Below are positions 1-11,588 of a stretch of DNA of 64,000 nucleotides, one piece after another. Source of the stretch: Malacoraja senta (lineage: Eukaryota); contig CM075979.1 in NCBI GenBank assembly GCA_038087875.1, forward strand, positions 41,850,001 through 41,914,000. The letters run 5' to 3'. Position numbers and translations under genes: made by a program. The notes beneath the pieces were generated by a model. That model was not told the origin of the DNA. It made no database searches and saw nothing but the letters and a program-made list of their open reading frames with translations. Each line of letters starts with the position of its first letter. Positions within the stretch are counted from its first letter, which is position 1.

Positions 1-470
1 TGTCAGGACTTTCATATGAAGAAAGACTGGATAGACTCGGCTTGTACTCGCTAGAATTTAGAAGATTGAGGGGGGCTCTTATAGAAACTTACAAAATTCT
101 TAATGGGTTGGACAGGCTAGATGCAGGAAGATTGTTCCCGATGTTGGGGAAGTCCAGAACAAGGGGTCACAGTTTAAGGATAAGGGGGAAATCTTTTAGG
201 ACCGAGATGATAAAAACATTTTTCACACAGAGAGTGGTGAATCTCTGGAATTCTCTGCCACAGAAGGTAGTTTAGGCCAGTTCATTGGCTATATTTAAGA
301 GGGAGTTAGATGTGGCCCTAGTGGCTAAAGGGTTCAGGGGGTATGGCGAGAAGGCAGGTACAGGATACTGAGTTGGATGATCAGCAATGATCATATTGAA
401 TGGCGGTGCAGGCTCGAAGGGCCGAATGGCCTACTCCTGCACCTATTTTCTATGTTTCTATGTTTCTATG
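1..470 (+). mobile_element. CR1-clade LINE 3' end (ORF2 RT C-terminus plus TATGTTTC tail); 5' end runs off the window
   Basis: Translates to YSLEFRRLRG..ETYKIL..TRGHSLRI..FFTQRVVNLWNSLP, the typical CR1 ORF2 C-terminus. Ends in tatgtttc repeats at ~450-470. Confidence 0.9.
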
Positions 471-649
471 AAGACAGATGAATCTGTCACACATCTTCCT
501 TGCAAAACTACAAATTGCTTCAGTGTACATTTACATAGCAGATTAGTGTAAGTATTGTTTGACAGGATGATATTAATAGAACCTTTAAGTGCCTTGCCTT
601 AAATCATCAGAAATACTCTGCAGCTCAATATTTCCCACATTTCAGTACA

Positions 650-2417
650 TCTATATTACTAAAAGTCTGATCTTGACCACTTCCTGTTGTTCTGTATATT
701 GATTTTAGAAAAAACGCTGCCAGTTATGGCTGTGATTTTTGGCCATCTTATTCAGAGTCCCCCTCCACTGCGCAGGACAAGAGGATTTTTCCCATCGATG
801 AAAAATAAAGGAGTTATTAGTGTTTAAAAAATGTTGAGATTCTCTCTCCTGAAGGCCACGCCCCTTCCGGAGGGACTATAAAACCCGGATGTGTGGAGGT
901 GCCTCAGTTCTCTGCAAGATGGGGGAGCGAGAGGTCGCAAATCTCAGTCTGAGCTGTGAATAACACTGAACACATGTCTACTAAACTGTGAGTGGTTTTA
1001 CTGACCTGTCAGTGCCCTTAATGTGGTTTGAAAATGTAGTTTAAAAATGCAAAAGTGTGTTTTGGTTTGAAAGTGCTAAAGCTGTGTTGCCTTTGGTTTT
1101 GAAAGTGCTAAGGCAAGCTGTGTTGCCTTTGGTTTTGAAAGTGCTAAGGCAAGCTGTGTTGCCTTTGGTTTTGAAAGTACTAAAGCAAGCTGTGTTGCCA
1201 TTGCTTTTGAAAGTGCTAAAGCAAGCTGTGTTGCTTTTGGTTTTGAAAGTGATAAAGCAAGCTGTGTTGCCTTAGGTTTTGAAAGTGCTAAAGCAAGCTG
1301 CGTTGCCTTTGGTTTTGAAAGTGCTAAAGCAAGCTGCGTTGCCTTTGGTTTTGAAAGTGCTAAAGCAAGCTGCCTTGCCTTTGGTTTTGAAAGTGCTAAA
1401 GCAAGCTGCCTTGCATTTGGTTTTGAAAGTGCGAAAGCAAGCTGCTTTGCCTTTGGTTTTGAAAGTGCTAAAGCGAGCTGCCTTGCCTTTGGTTTTGAAA
1501 GTGCTAAAGCGAGCTGCCTTGCCTTTGGTTTTGAAAGTGCTAAAGCAAGCTGCCTTGCCTTTGGTTTTGAAAGTGATAAAGCAAGCTGCCTTGCCTTTGG
1601 TTTTGAAAGTGCTAAAGCAAGCTGCTTTGCCTTTGGTTTTGAAAGTGCTAAAGCGAGCTGCCTTGCCTTTGGCTTTGAATGTGCTCATGCGAGCTGCCTT
1701 GCCTAATAAGAGCTACCTTGCCTAATTAGAGCTGCCTTGCCTAATTAGAGCTGCCTTGCCTTCTATATAATTAAAAGTCTAATCTTGACCACTTCCTGTT
1801 TGCGCTTTATATTGATTTTAGAAAAAGCGCTACCACGTACGCTCTGCTCATCGGGTGCTGAGGATTTTTCCCATCGATGAAAAATAAAAGAGTTATTAGT
1901 GTTTTAAAAATGCTGAGATTCTCCCTCCTGTCAATCATGTCATGAAGGCCACGCCCCTTCTGGTTGGAGGGGGAGGGACTATAAAACCTGGAAGTGTGGG
2001 CGTGGCTCAGTCTCTGCAAGATGGGGGAGGGAGTGGTCATGATTCGCTGTCTTTAGTGGCCTTGAACCCTGCTTGAAATGGTATGAAACTGCACTTAAAT
2101 TTGGTGCGCTTGCACCCTACTTGAAATGGAAATTCAAGGAATAGCCGTGAGTCAACTGCGAGCCGACCAGCCGTGAGTGAGCTGCCAGCACAACAGGCTT
2201 GAGTGATTGAGCCGCCCTAGAATCCATTCGGTCCACAATGTCCATACTAGCCCTCTGGATACCAGTCCGTTCAGCGCACAACACCCACACTAGTGCTCCA
2301 GAAAGCCCGCCCCCCCACTGGCCACCAATATTGGAATTGGTGGAGAGGTGGAATATTGCAATGGGGGACCAGCCCTCCCGTGTGATGCTGGGACCTAACG
2401 GGTCTCACTTAGTCTAG
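650..2417 (+). mobile_element. Non-autonomous Helitron (composite, second 5' end at 1762)
   Basis: Starts A|TCTATATTACTAAAA at 650 and ends CTAG|T at 2414-2417. Subterminal hairpin TGGGACC-TAACG-GGTCTCA at 2389-2407. No TSD. The 5' module is repeated at 1762 (TCTATATAATTAAAAGTCTAATCTTGACCACTTCCTGTT). Confidence 0.8.
1060..1761. repeat. 36-bp minisatellite (~18 copies) followed by 3-4 copies of a related 19-bp unit
   Basis: Unit GCTGCCTTGCCTTTGGTTTTGAAAGTGCTAAAGCAA, matching the 12-aa periodicity in the ORF track. Followed by GAGCTGCCTTGCCTAATTA units at ~1691-1761. Confidence 0.95.
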
Positions 2418-2614
2418 TATCATATCAAGAGGAGCCTGATACTGGGTGTGACACTGTGTGAAGAAGATTCACAGGCTGCATTGAAACATATCCTAACCAT
2501 ATCCTGATAATATTCTGATGTCACACAGAAAAACTTCATCACCAAAATCAACATCAACTTAAACAGCAGAAATTTACTGTAGGTAAAATAAGTGGTATGG
2601 TGATTGCAACAGTA

Positions 2615-2710
2615 CAATAGACAATAGACAATTGACAATAGGTGCGGGAGTAGGCCATTCGGCCCTTCGAGCCAACACTGCCATTCAATGTGATCATGGC
2701 CAATCATCCA
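2615..2710 (-). mobile_element. CR1 LINE extreme 3' fragment
   Basis: (ACAATAG)n tail followed by GGTGCGGGAGTAGGCCATTCGGCCCTTCGAGCC, the reverse complement of the CR1 3' UTR seen at ~395-445. Confidence 0.8.
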
Positions 2711-3014
2711 ACATCCTCATGATTTCTTGTATAATGCGTTGGAGAAATAAAAGCAAAAGATGAATAAGATGTTACTGACATCAGCGCAGCTGTATGCCAG
2801 TGTATGGGGCTATCTTTTTAATAGGTGGTGATTTTCGTTCTAATCCAATCACGAATTGTGCGGGGATGTTTCTATTGTTAATACCAGGTGGCAAAAAAAT
2901 CTCCAACCTGCTAGACGCAAAGTTGGCAGCTGGTTCTGGCATTCCTTATGTAGCATCAACATTTTAACACCATTGCCTAATTTGATGTTGTCAGAATGGG
3001 AAACTGATGTATGA

Positions 3015-3168
3015 ATTAGTTTAGTTTAGTTTAGTTAAGTTCAGTGTAGTTTACTTTAGAGATGCAGCATGAACAACAGGTCCTTCAGCCCACTGTGTTC
3101 ATGCTGACAATTGATCACTCGTTCACTCTAGTTCTACATTATCGCACCTTCTCATCCACTCCCTACAT
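3015..3168 (-). mobile_element. V-SINE (HE1-like) 3' fragment
   Basis: (TTAGT)n tail plus AGAGATGCAGCATGAACAACAGGTCCTTCAGCCCAC, the reverse complement of the SINE 3' end at ~57580-57620. Confidence 0.7.
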
Positions 3169-3451
3169 AGAGAAAAACTTAGTCTTAAGTGCAAAAATGA
3201 CACATTTTCAATATTGAGCCAGAATTTGATGATGAATAAATAGCAGTAACTTGGGAATGTTAAGATTCAGATTAGGATCAAGAGCGTGCTATTTTACAAG
3301 AACATGACTGATAAAATTGTAACCTTAACTTGATATTAATCACATGAATCAATCAGTTGATTATTCTCATCACAAAGGAATACTTTTTTAAATTCTCCAT
3401 TGATTTAAGCCAATGGTCCCAATTCTAAAACCCAACGCTGAAGTTCAGGGA

Positions 3452-3690
3452 AGGACACAAAGTGCTGGAGTAACTCAATGAGTGAGGCAGCATCTCCATC
3501 TCTGAGAGATGAACTCCTCTCTCCCAGCGTTCATCTCCACTCCCCCACCTTACAATCAGTCTGAAGAAAAGTCCTGATCGGAAACATCACCTATCCCTGT
3601 TCTCCAGAGATGCTACCTGACCTACTGAGTTACTCCAGCACCGTGTCCTTTTGTGTAAACCAGCATCTGCAGTTGCTTGTTGTCTATATT
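3452..3690. mobile_element. Penelope-like element terminal fragments in inverted arrangement
   Basis: GACACAAAGTGCTGGAGTAACTCA...GGCAGCATCTC is mirrored by GAGATGCTACCTGACCTACTGAGTTACTCCAGCACCGTGTC. A CTGAAGA..GAAAC motif lies at ~3560-3585. The same repeat recurs many times in the window. Confidence 0.55.
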
Positions 3691-4966
3691 CTGAAGTTCA
3701 GGATTTAGCTGTACATACCACTGAACAACCAACATATCATGACAGGGTTGTTGAGACCCAGACTGACCCAGAGAGCTATTGACAAATTCAAGATCGTTCA
3801 AAGATACACATAAAGGATCATCTCTGTGAAATTCAAGTTCTGGAGAGAAATACTGCAAGAAATCTAGTGAACTAATGCAGGCAGATAGTGTAAATTATTG
3901 GAGCTTTCTCTCCCTTTTGCTGCTTCCGTTTTACTACCTCTTCTAGCATGGAAACAAATGTATTATCCATGTATTTATTCACTTGCCCACAAGATGGATT
4001 GTATTGATAATAGGAAATGTTGTGATATAATTGGATTTATCAGGGAGTTTCAGTCAGAGAAAATGGGAATAAAATTTAAGGAAGGGGAGTTTTGAATACA
4101 AGGAGAGTTGAAGAAGCAGAAGAGGGTCAATGTCTTCAATTTGTGACCATTCACTAGCACTGAGTGGAGACAACCACCTACTGCTGTTTAAATATTAAAA
4201 CCAGATCACATGCCTGTTGCTCTGAACCAAGAACATCATGCAAAGTGGACTTTGCTGTAAAGGGGAAGTGGTCAGACCCACTGACTCCATCCATTTCCTG
4301 TGAATTGCAAAATACTGGAAAAAAAAGAGGAAATTTATCAGACATCACGGTTTTAAACAGAAGACTGGTTGTAAGTCCATGACAGGAGCTGGATGTCCAA
4401 ACACAGATGACCAATTTCGTAAAACAAGAAAATTGCCTGGAGGGTATTTCCAGAATCAAGTCACCCCACAAAAACAGAGAGCTTGTTTCATTTTTTGTTC
4501 ATAGTTTTTTACAAGGAGATTAACAATGGAGAGACTAGGATTTCCCTGACCTATTACTCTGTAATAGAATGTGTGATACTAATCAATATAAATTAAAATC
4601 AGGCTTCATTTGTGTTGCTTGGTGCATCCACTGACAGATTGGCCTGGTATAGATGTAGGACCATGCGCGTAACCATTTCAAATTGTACATCATCCTTTTA
4701 TTATAATCCTGAAGCTTTTATTTATTGACAGTGCAAGAACGTATCGAAGTTGTAAGATGCTCAGAATTATAATAAAATGTATTAACACTGTTGACAAGTC
4801 AAGTCAAGTCAACTTTATTTGTCACATACAAGATGTGCAGTGAAATGAAAGTGGCAATGCTTGCAGGATTGTGCAAAACAACAGAACAGAACAAGTATTT
4901 ACAGTAAAATAAAGAAGACACAAGAGTAGTTACACCCTGGTGAGATCAGAGTTTACAGTCCTGATG

Positions 4967-6006
4967 TAGGTATGTTACAATACTTACCTTCAGCGGCGCT
5001 GCAATTCTGCCACTGGCCGTGTGCGCGATTTTGGCGCCTTTGAAGGGGGGCGGGGTTAAAACGCGGGTTTCTCCTACCTTGTCCTGGGTTATATTTCGTT
5101 GGAGTGCAAGCTTTTGCTGAAGAATCGTTCCGACAGGCGTTTTGTGTATTTATTTTTTTTAATTCGCCCGACAAGTTCAGCGCTGGAGTTTTTAAAAATC
5201 AGCTTCTAAAGCCGTCAACGCCGACAATGGGGATGGATTTCATGCACGGGACAGGTAAACGAAAGCAGTTTATTTTATGTATAAAAGTGCTCCTTAAGAG
5301 ACCTTTAATTCACATTTTAAGTTGCGAAACGGTGATTTTTTCCCCCGAACGATCCGGCAGTATTTTTCATGCCGATACGGGTTTAAATTCACCACAAATC
5401 AACGTTCCAAATGATCGCGTTCCAGAAAATCCCACTCACAAGATGATTTAAATGGCCATTAATTTACAGGTGTTAAACATTAAATTTCTTCCATTTGGCC
5501 TATAAATCCATGACAATGAGATTTAAAAATTATGTTATATTGTGAATTCTTGTGTGAATGTTATTTGGACACAGGCTATTTAAAAATGTTAATCTATTCT
5601 TATGAAATTGATAGATGTTTAGATCTAGTAATTGAATTTTGTAATTAGCTACAATTAGGTAACTAACTAATTATATGCTTTAATTTCAGGTCATCCAAGT
5701 AAGATTGTTTCATATTTGTTTCAGAATGTTTCAATCTATAATAACTTAAAATTTCATTCAGTTCTTTTAATTTTTAAGAAATTTATGGGCTTTTGACTGT
5801 CCTCGATCACAGCTTTTGTGTTAAGTCAATGGAAAAGCAACAGGGAACAAGATGCTAATTTCCGAGTATGAAAATGACCATAACTTTTTTAATACTGAAG
5901 ATATGAAAGTGAATTAGGTGTCAAATTAAATGTCTTTTTATGCTTTATCTGATGGGATAAATTACAGACTTGATTTTTAAAATCTCAACATTTTGTAACA
6001 TTGCTA
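4967..6006. mobile_element. Non-autonomous DNA transposon (hAT-like) with 7-bp TSD, inserted in a LINE fragment
   Basis: Imperfect TIRs TAGGTATGTTACAA / TTGTAACATTGCTA. Direct repeat CCTGATG at 4960-4966 and 6007-6013. The flanks rejoin as continuous sequence behind a (CAAGT)n LINE-like tail at ~4796. Confidence 0.75.
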
Positions 6007-7905
6007 CCTGATGGCCTGTGGGAAGAAACTCCGTCATCCTCTGTTTTCGCAGCGTGACAGCAGAGGCACTTGCCTGACTGCAGCAGCTGGAACAGTCCAT
6101 TGCTGGGGTGGTAGGGGTCCTTCATGATCTTGCTGAACAATGGCATGTTTCCTTTGTCATTGTTACATTTTTGGACATCTTTCATTCATTGTTCTATATC
6201 TATCTACATCATCATCTATATCTCTCATTTCCTTTTCTCGTAACTTTCAGTCAGAAGAAGAGTCTTGACCCAAAACATCACCTATTCCTTCTCCCCAGAG
6301 ATGTTGCCTGTCCTACTGAGTTACTCCAGCTTTTTGTGTCTGTAATCTGGTACTCTTCACATCAAGAGAAAAATCAGGATGATCTAATTGCCACAAGGTA
6401 TTGTTACTTCCAATATCTTAATACAGTGGGACAAAGAAACTAATCATGGTAAGAGTGATGACACGAGTTCAGGGCAAACATGTTCCTGGTAAAGGACAAG
6501 ACAGGTGGGAGTAAGAAAGCTTGGATGACGAGAAATTGAATGTCTGGTCATGAAAAAGGCATGGGACAGGCATAGACAGCTGGAAGAGAACTGAGGAACA
6601 CACTTATGAAGGAAATAATGAGGGCACAAAGGGGGCAGGAAAGAGCTTTGGCAGATAATATTAAGGAAAATCCAGAGATATTATAAGGGAAAGAGGGCAA
6701 CTAGTGAGAGAATAAGGTCCCTCAGAACCAAAGTGGTCATCTCTCTGGGGAAAGAAAGACTGGGATACTTGGGACAGCTAATACGATACGATACGATAGA
6801 ACATTATTCCTCCTCGGAGGGAAATTGTTCTGCTAGCAGTTATAACACACAAGGTACACGAGAACTTGAAATTAAAAATAAAATAAAAGGGAGATAAAAA
6901 AAAGACAAGCAACTGTTGGCTGGCTGCCATGTGCACAGCGCCTTAACCGGAACGAAAGAACAAATGCAGTCTTATCCCCTGGGCAGAGGATTCAAAAACT
7001 AGAGTGCCCCCCCCCCCTCTTCCCCACACCAGGTCCCCCTTTGTTCTCCAACTGTCCCTCACGGCGGCCCCCCCCCAAGCCAGGTCCTCCATTGTTCTTA
7101 ACGCAGTCCCCCCACGCCGGGTCCCCATTGTCTTCCCCTCCCCCACCTCAATGGAGATGTCTTGAGGATAGTCCATATTACGGCTGAGGAGGTGCTGGAC
7201 GTCCTAAGCCATATGATGATATATAAATCTACTGGGCCTAATTAGATATACTTTAAGACAGTGGGAATATCTGGAAGGCAAGGTTGGACAGGCTAAGACT
7301 TTATCCCTTGGAACGCAGGAGGCTGACAGGTGATCTTATAGAGCTGTATAATATCATGAGGTGAATGTATAGGGTGTCAGAATCTTTTACCCAAGGTCTT
7401 TTACCCAGAGTAGGGGAATCAAGAAACAGAGGACATAGGTTTAAGTTGAGAGGGGAAAGATTTAATAGGAACTTGAGGGGTGACTGTTTCCACATTCTGA
7501 CTCTGTCTGGCTAATCTTAAAATGACATGGTATGTGACACTATATGACTGAATTCATTTGAGTATTCTATGAACAAGAGCTGAGGAATACTTACATCTAC
7601 TTTAAATCCTAGGCACATGGACAACCTCTCTGCTACATAGGAAGACTCTGCTGGTGTAGCTCAGCAGGTCAGGCTGGTCTCAAGAGAACATGGATAGGCG
7701 ATGTTTCGTGTTGGGACCCTTCTTCAGTTTGAAGCATCGCCCCTCAGTCTCCTGAGATGCTGTCTGACCTCCAGAGCTACTCCAGCATCTGTAGTTTCTT
7801 ATTTCCACATCCCTCTGCTGCATGTGGTTACTTTGACTAGCCATTCTGTTAGATAATCTCTCAACATTCGGAGGTTGATTAACAGATTACAGGCCAACAT
7901 GAGAT

Positions 7906-7911
7906 TTTATT
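7906..7911 (-). promoter_or_regulatory. Candidate polyadenylation signal of the GATD3-like gene
   Basis: AATAAA on the minus strand ~310 nt downstream of the stop at 8219. Confidence 0.4.
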
Positions 7912-8218
7912 CCCAGTGTGATAAATACTACAAACGTTTCCATGTATTGAATACTTTAATCATTTGCTTTGTAAAAACATATATTTTGTACTTTGTGGAA
8001 AATGAAATACAGTAATAATACTTCATATTATGGAATACTTTTTACAATTTGGTTTGAGTTTTCTTTCACATTAGTGGCAAACATCTTCAAGAATTCCCTC
8101 AAAACAAATTGGGTTAATCAATATTGCCAATAAATACACATTCTAACAAATTTAATAATTTTAAGCTTTCAGAATTCCATAAGGACTGCATTTAATTATA
8201 GTAATTTACATCATGGGC

Positions 8219-8411
8219 TTATGCAAGTTTCAAGACTTCTTTCACCATTTCCCCAATTCCATCAAAAATCTCATGGATGGGGGCATTGCACATGAAGGCA
8301 CTGGTCGTCACCAATTTATTTCTCTTGTCGATGTGTACTTCATTGACATGCTTATTGACGTGCTCACAGCCTAACTCTTTCAATGCCTGGGCTGTTTTTG
8401 CATAGGGCCAC
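8219..8411 (-). CDS. GATD3-like: GATD3/ES1-like protein, exon 4 (last)
   Basis: Acceptor TTTCCAG|G. Encodes WPYAKTAQALKELGCEHVNKHVNEVHIDKRNKLVTTSAFMCNAPIHEIFDGIGEMVKEVLKLA*, the ES1/ElbB C-terminus. Phase 2 matches exon 3. Confidence 0.93.
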
Positions 8412-9132
8412 CTGGAAAGAAAATGTAAACCATCAATTGAGAAAGAGGGAAACAATTACCTAATAATGTCAGAAAAAAATGATTAAATGTACAGCATGAC
8501 ACATTCAGAGTGTGAAGCCACATGTAAAGCAAACCTACATCAAGAATTTGAATATACTATTGAGGCAACAATTTTCTGAATGATATTCCATGTCACTTAA
8601 CACCCTTTCTAGGTGTATAATTAGTGCATTTACTTTCTTGAGTTGGAATTGTATTGTTCATTGCATTTTCAATTCTAAAATAAGTTACCATATTTTACTT
8701 TTTCACTGTCAATAAAGTAAATATTCAAAGATATTGATAAATATTTGAAGTAAGCATATTATTGTGGATATTGGATGCTGCGTTGTGCTTTATATCCGTA
8801 TTCTGATGGTAAGCAAATTACAGATGTTAACTTTAATACACTTCATTACACCTGATTTGCTAACAGCAAATAATACATGTCCATAATAATTTTCTTTTAG
8901 AGGGAGCTAAATAGAATATAATTCAGATTGCAAGGATTCAATAAAATCGAAAAGGAGAACATTTCCACAAGGCATTAATCAAAAGTATCTAAGGAATGCA
9001 GTAACAACATAATCTTGGAAAGATAGGAGCATCAATGTGTTTAAATGTACATACAATTTAAGGAAATTGGCTTTGTGATGTATCACCAAGGTGTCACGGT
9101 TTATGGGAACATCCAATTTAAAGGCAAAAAAT

Positions 9133-9780
9133 CATAGAGCCATAGAATCAAACAACATAGAAACAGGCCATTCAGCCCAACTTATCCACACTGCCCTGTG
9201 AACACCCTTTGGTATTAACCCCATTTCCCTTCCTTCTATATCCATCCATGCAATTTAAGTGCTCTTCTTCAATACTTCTTAAAATGCTGTCAATGCCCCA
9301 GCTTCAACCAATCTCAGTCAGAGCATTCAAGACACTTACCACTTTCTAAGTGAAGAAGGTCCATCTCATATCCCTTTTAAATCTTTCTCCTTACACAAAA
9401 TCTGTCCTCTAGTATTATCTCCCTATGATACGATTAATAGTTTCCCCCAGTCTACCCTATTAAAGCATGATGTTGAGACTTGTTTCCGATGCCCTGATTA
9501 ATGAAAGCCAGTATTTACATATGCCTTCCATTATCTACCTGTAGTGCTACCTTCAAAGATCTGTGGTTTTGTAATCCACTTCATTCTCAATCCTCCCCAA
9601 GACCCTACCATTCAGAGTATAAATATTACCTCATTAGTACTCCCAAAATGCATCACCTCACATTTGTCTGGATTAAACTCAGTCTGCCATTCTATAATGC
9701 ATCAATATCTCTATGCAGCCCAAGACTTCTTTTACATTATCAACAGCTCCATCTATCTTTGTGTCATCTGCATGCTTACT
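9133..9780 (-). mobile_element. Old, degraded CR1 LINE fragment
   Basis: CATAGA-type tail and AAACAGGCCATTCAGCCCAAC 3' end, followed by decayed RT-like sequence (CCCAAAATGCATCACCTCACATTTGTCTGGATTAAACTC). Confidence 0.55.
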
Positions 9781-11386
9781 GATCATGTTTCCTACATTCT
9801 CATGCAAGACATGTGTATATTTCTCTTTAAATAAAATCTACTTGTACCATGGAATCCATTCTAACTATAATCCATATATAATCATGTCCCTTCACAAATT
9901 GGGTCCCAGTTTCTCAGATACCAAAGAAAGACAATCAATTATCAGTCAACTTCATAAGGTAAAACATTGGTCGGCTCCCAACTTACAAAGTATGATCAAG
10001 TAAGCGTACAAACTTTCAAAAGTTAACAAACTTCACTTGGTCAATTCTTATAAATGGTCATATCAATATTATATCTGTGATTTGTTCTGCAAGCACAGCC
10101 CAAATAAATCAAGTGTCTCACTATTTCTTTCAGAAATATGTTTCAAACTGCACAAAGTACAACAATGATAGGTCTGGCAGCATCTTTGAATATAATAATC
10201 GAGTCAAAGTTTTTGGTCAATTATCTTTTCATCAGAACTCTTTAAATGTATTATTCCCTTCTCCAAATAGTACATAATTAATTCCTTCATAGCCAGCTTC
10301 AAACTGGGCCTCATTGAACTCCCCTATTATCACCTTCCTACCCACCTTCTCCACGGCTTATCATAGTGAAGGTAAAGTACAGCAAAATGGAGGCAATCTT
10401 CCATACCTAGTACGCAGATGAACAGAATCAATATTTTCGCATCCAAAATGATACTCAAATTATGTGCTTTCCCCATCTACCAGTACCCATCAGATGAACA
10501 TATCAAATACAAATAGATAGGACAGACTCAATTAACCTAGGCTATATTGATTAATATAAATTTGCATGTTTTGAGATTAATTGAAAAGCAGAAATTAACA
10601 TGCTAATTCAAAGATCCAAAATCCTGGTTTCCAGTTTCTCCACTTGATTGTCAGCATCTCCCTAGCTCTCTGTGAAAGGCCTGTTCCACAAGTAACTTTT
10701 AAAATGGATATGTGCCTGGGGATTTTAAAGAAATGCACAAAAAGCAAAAAAACAGGAACTAACCAGAAATATTCTTTCAAAGAGTCAACACAAGCCAGAA
10801 GCATAAAAAAGCCTCTTTCTCGGACTGTTAGATTCCACGCCTCTGATGAGGAACACTAAATTTATGTATGTGGTTAAGCATGCCAGAAGAAACAATGAGA
10901 ATCAACAGTTTAATAAGGAGCCTGAAGGAATATCGGTGCTGAACAGTTGTGAATTTGTTTGAGATGGAAAAACTGGTTGAGCAAGCAAGCTTCCAGCCTG
11001 AGGCTTGGGAGCAACGCCAACAATCATCGAGGATTGTCACTTAATAAATCATTTTTGAACAGGTTAGATCTATGTGTGGATTGGACTAAAGTTAAATAAG
11101 ACTGGATTTACATTAGGCAAAGAAAGATCCATTTCCAAAGCCACTGCCTACTTTAACTGATAAATATTTTGACATCTAATATATCCAAAGATCATTTGTA
11201 ATTAATCTCTTAATGCTTATGTTGAATGACAATGGATGCCATCAATGATTCAGCCGTTTGTTATTGGTCTAATATTCAACGTTTCATTACAAATCTTAAT
11301 GTAATAGACTTTAACACTTTACATTGTTTGTCAAATAGCTGTGGGCATGGATTATTGGCAGATTTAATTAAAGGTGCTGCACTTAC

Positions 11387-11588
11387 TTCTCACATTCTGT
11401 GTCATAACCCACAGTTAGTTCACATCCTGGAATGAGTTTAGCTGCCAACACAGGAGAAATACAGCAGAGACCAATGGGTTTCTTTGTAGCATGACATTTT
11501 TTAATTGCTGATTCCACTGATGCCTCCACAGTGCAGTCCTTCCCTTCAACTGCCCAGCTGCTGAGATTTTTTGCAACCCCAAATCCAC
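11387..11588 (-). CDS. GATD3-like: GATD3/ES1-like protein, exon 3
   Basis: TTTGCAG|GT...AA|GTAAGT. Encodes [67 protein letters not shown], including the PGGFG.AKNL and GLCCI.P nucleophile-elbow motifs. This frame is not in the ORF track. Confidence 0.93.

Noticed and set aside
1060-1725. 36-bp repeat array as a CRISPR array or a real Leu/Lys-rich protein
   Set aside because: The units are directly adjacent with no unique spacers, the DNA is eukaryotic, and no cas genes are present. The ORFs result from a stop-free unit whose length is a multiple of 3.
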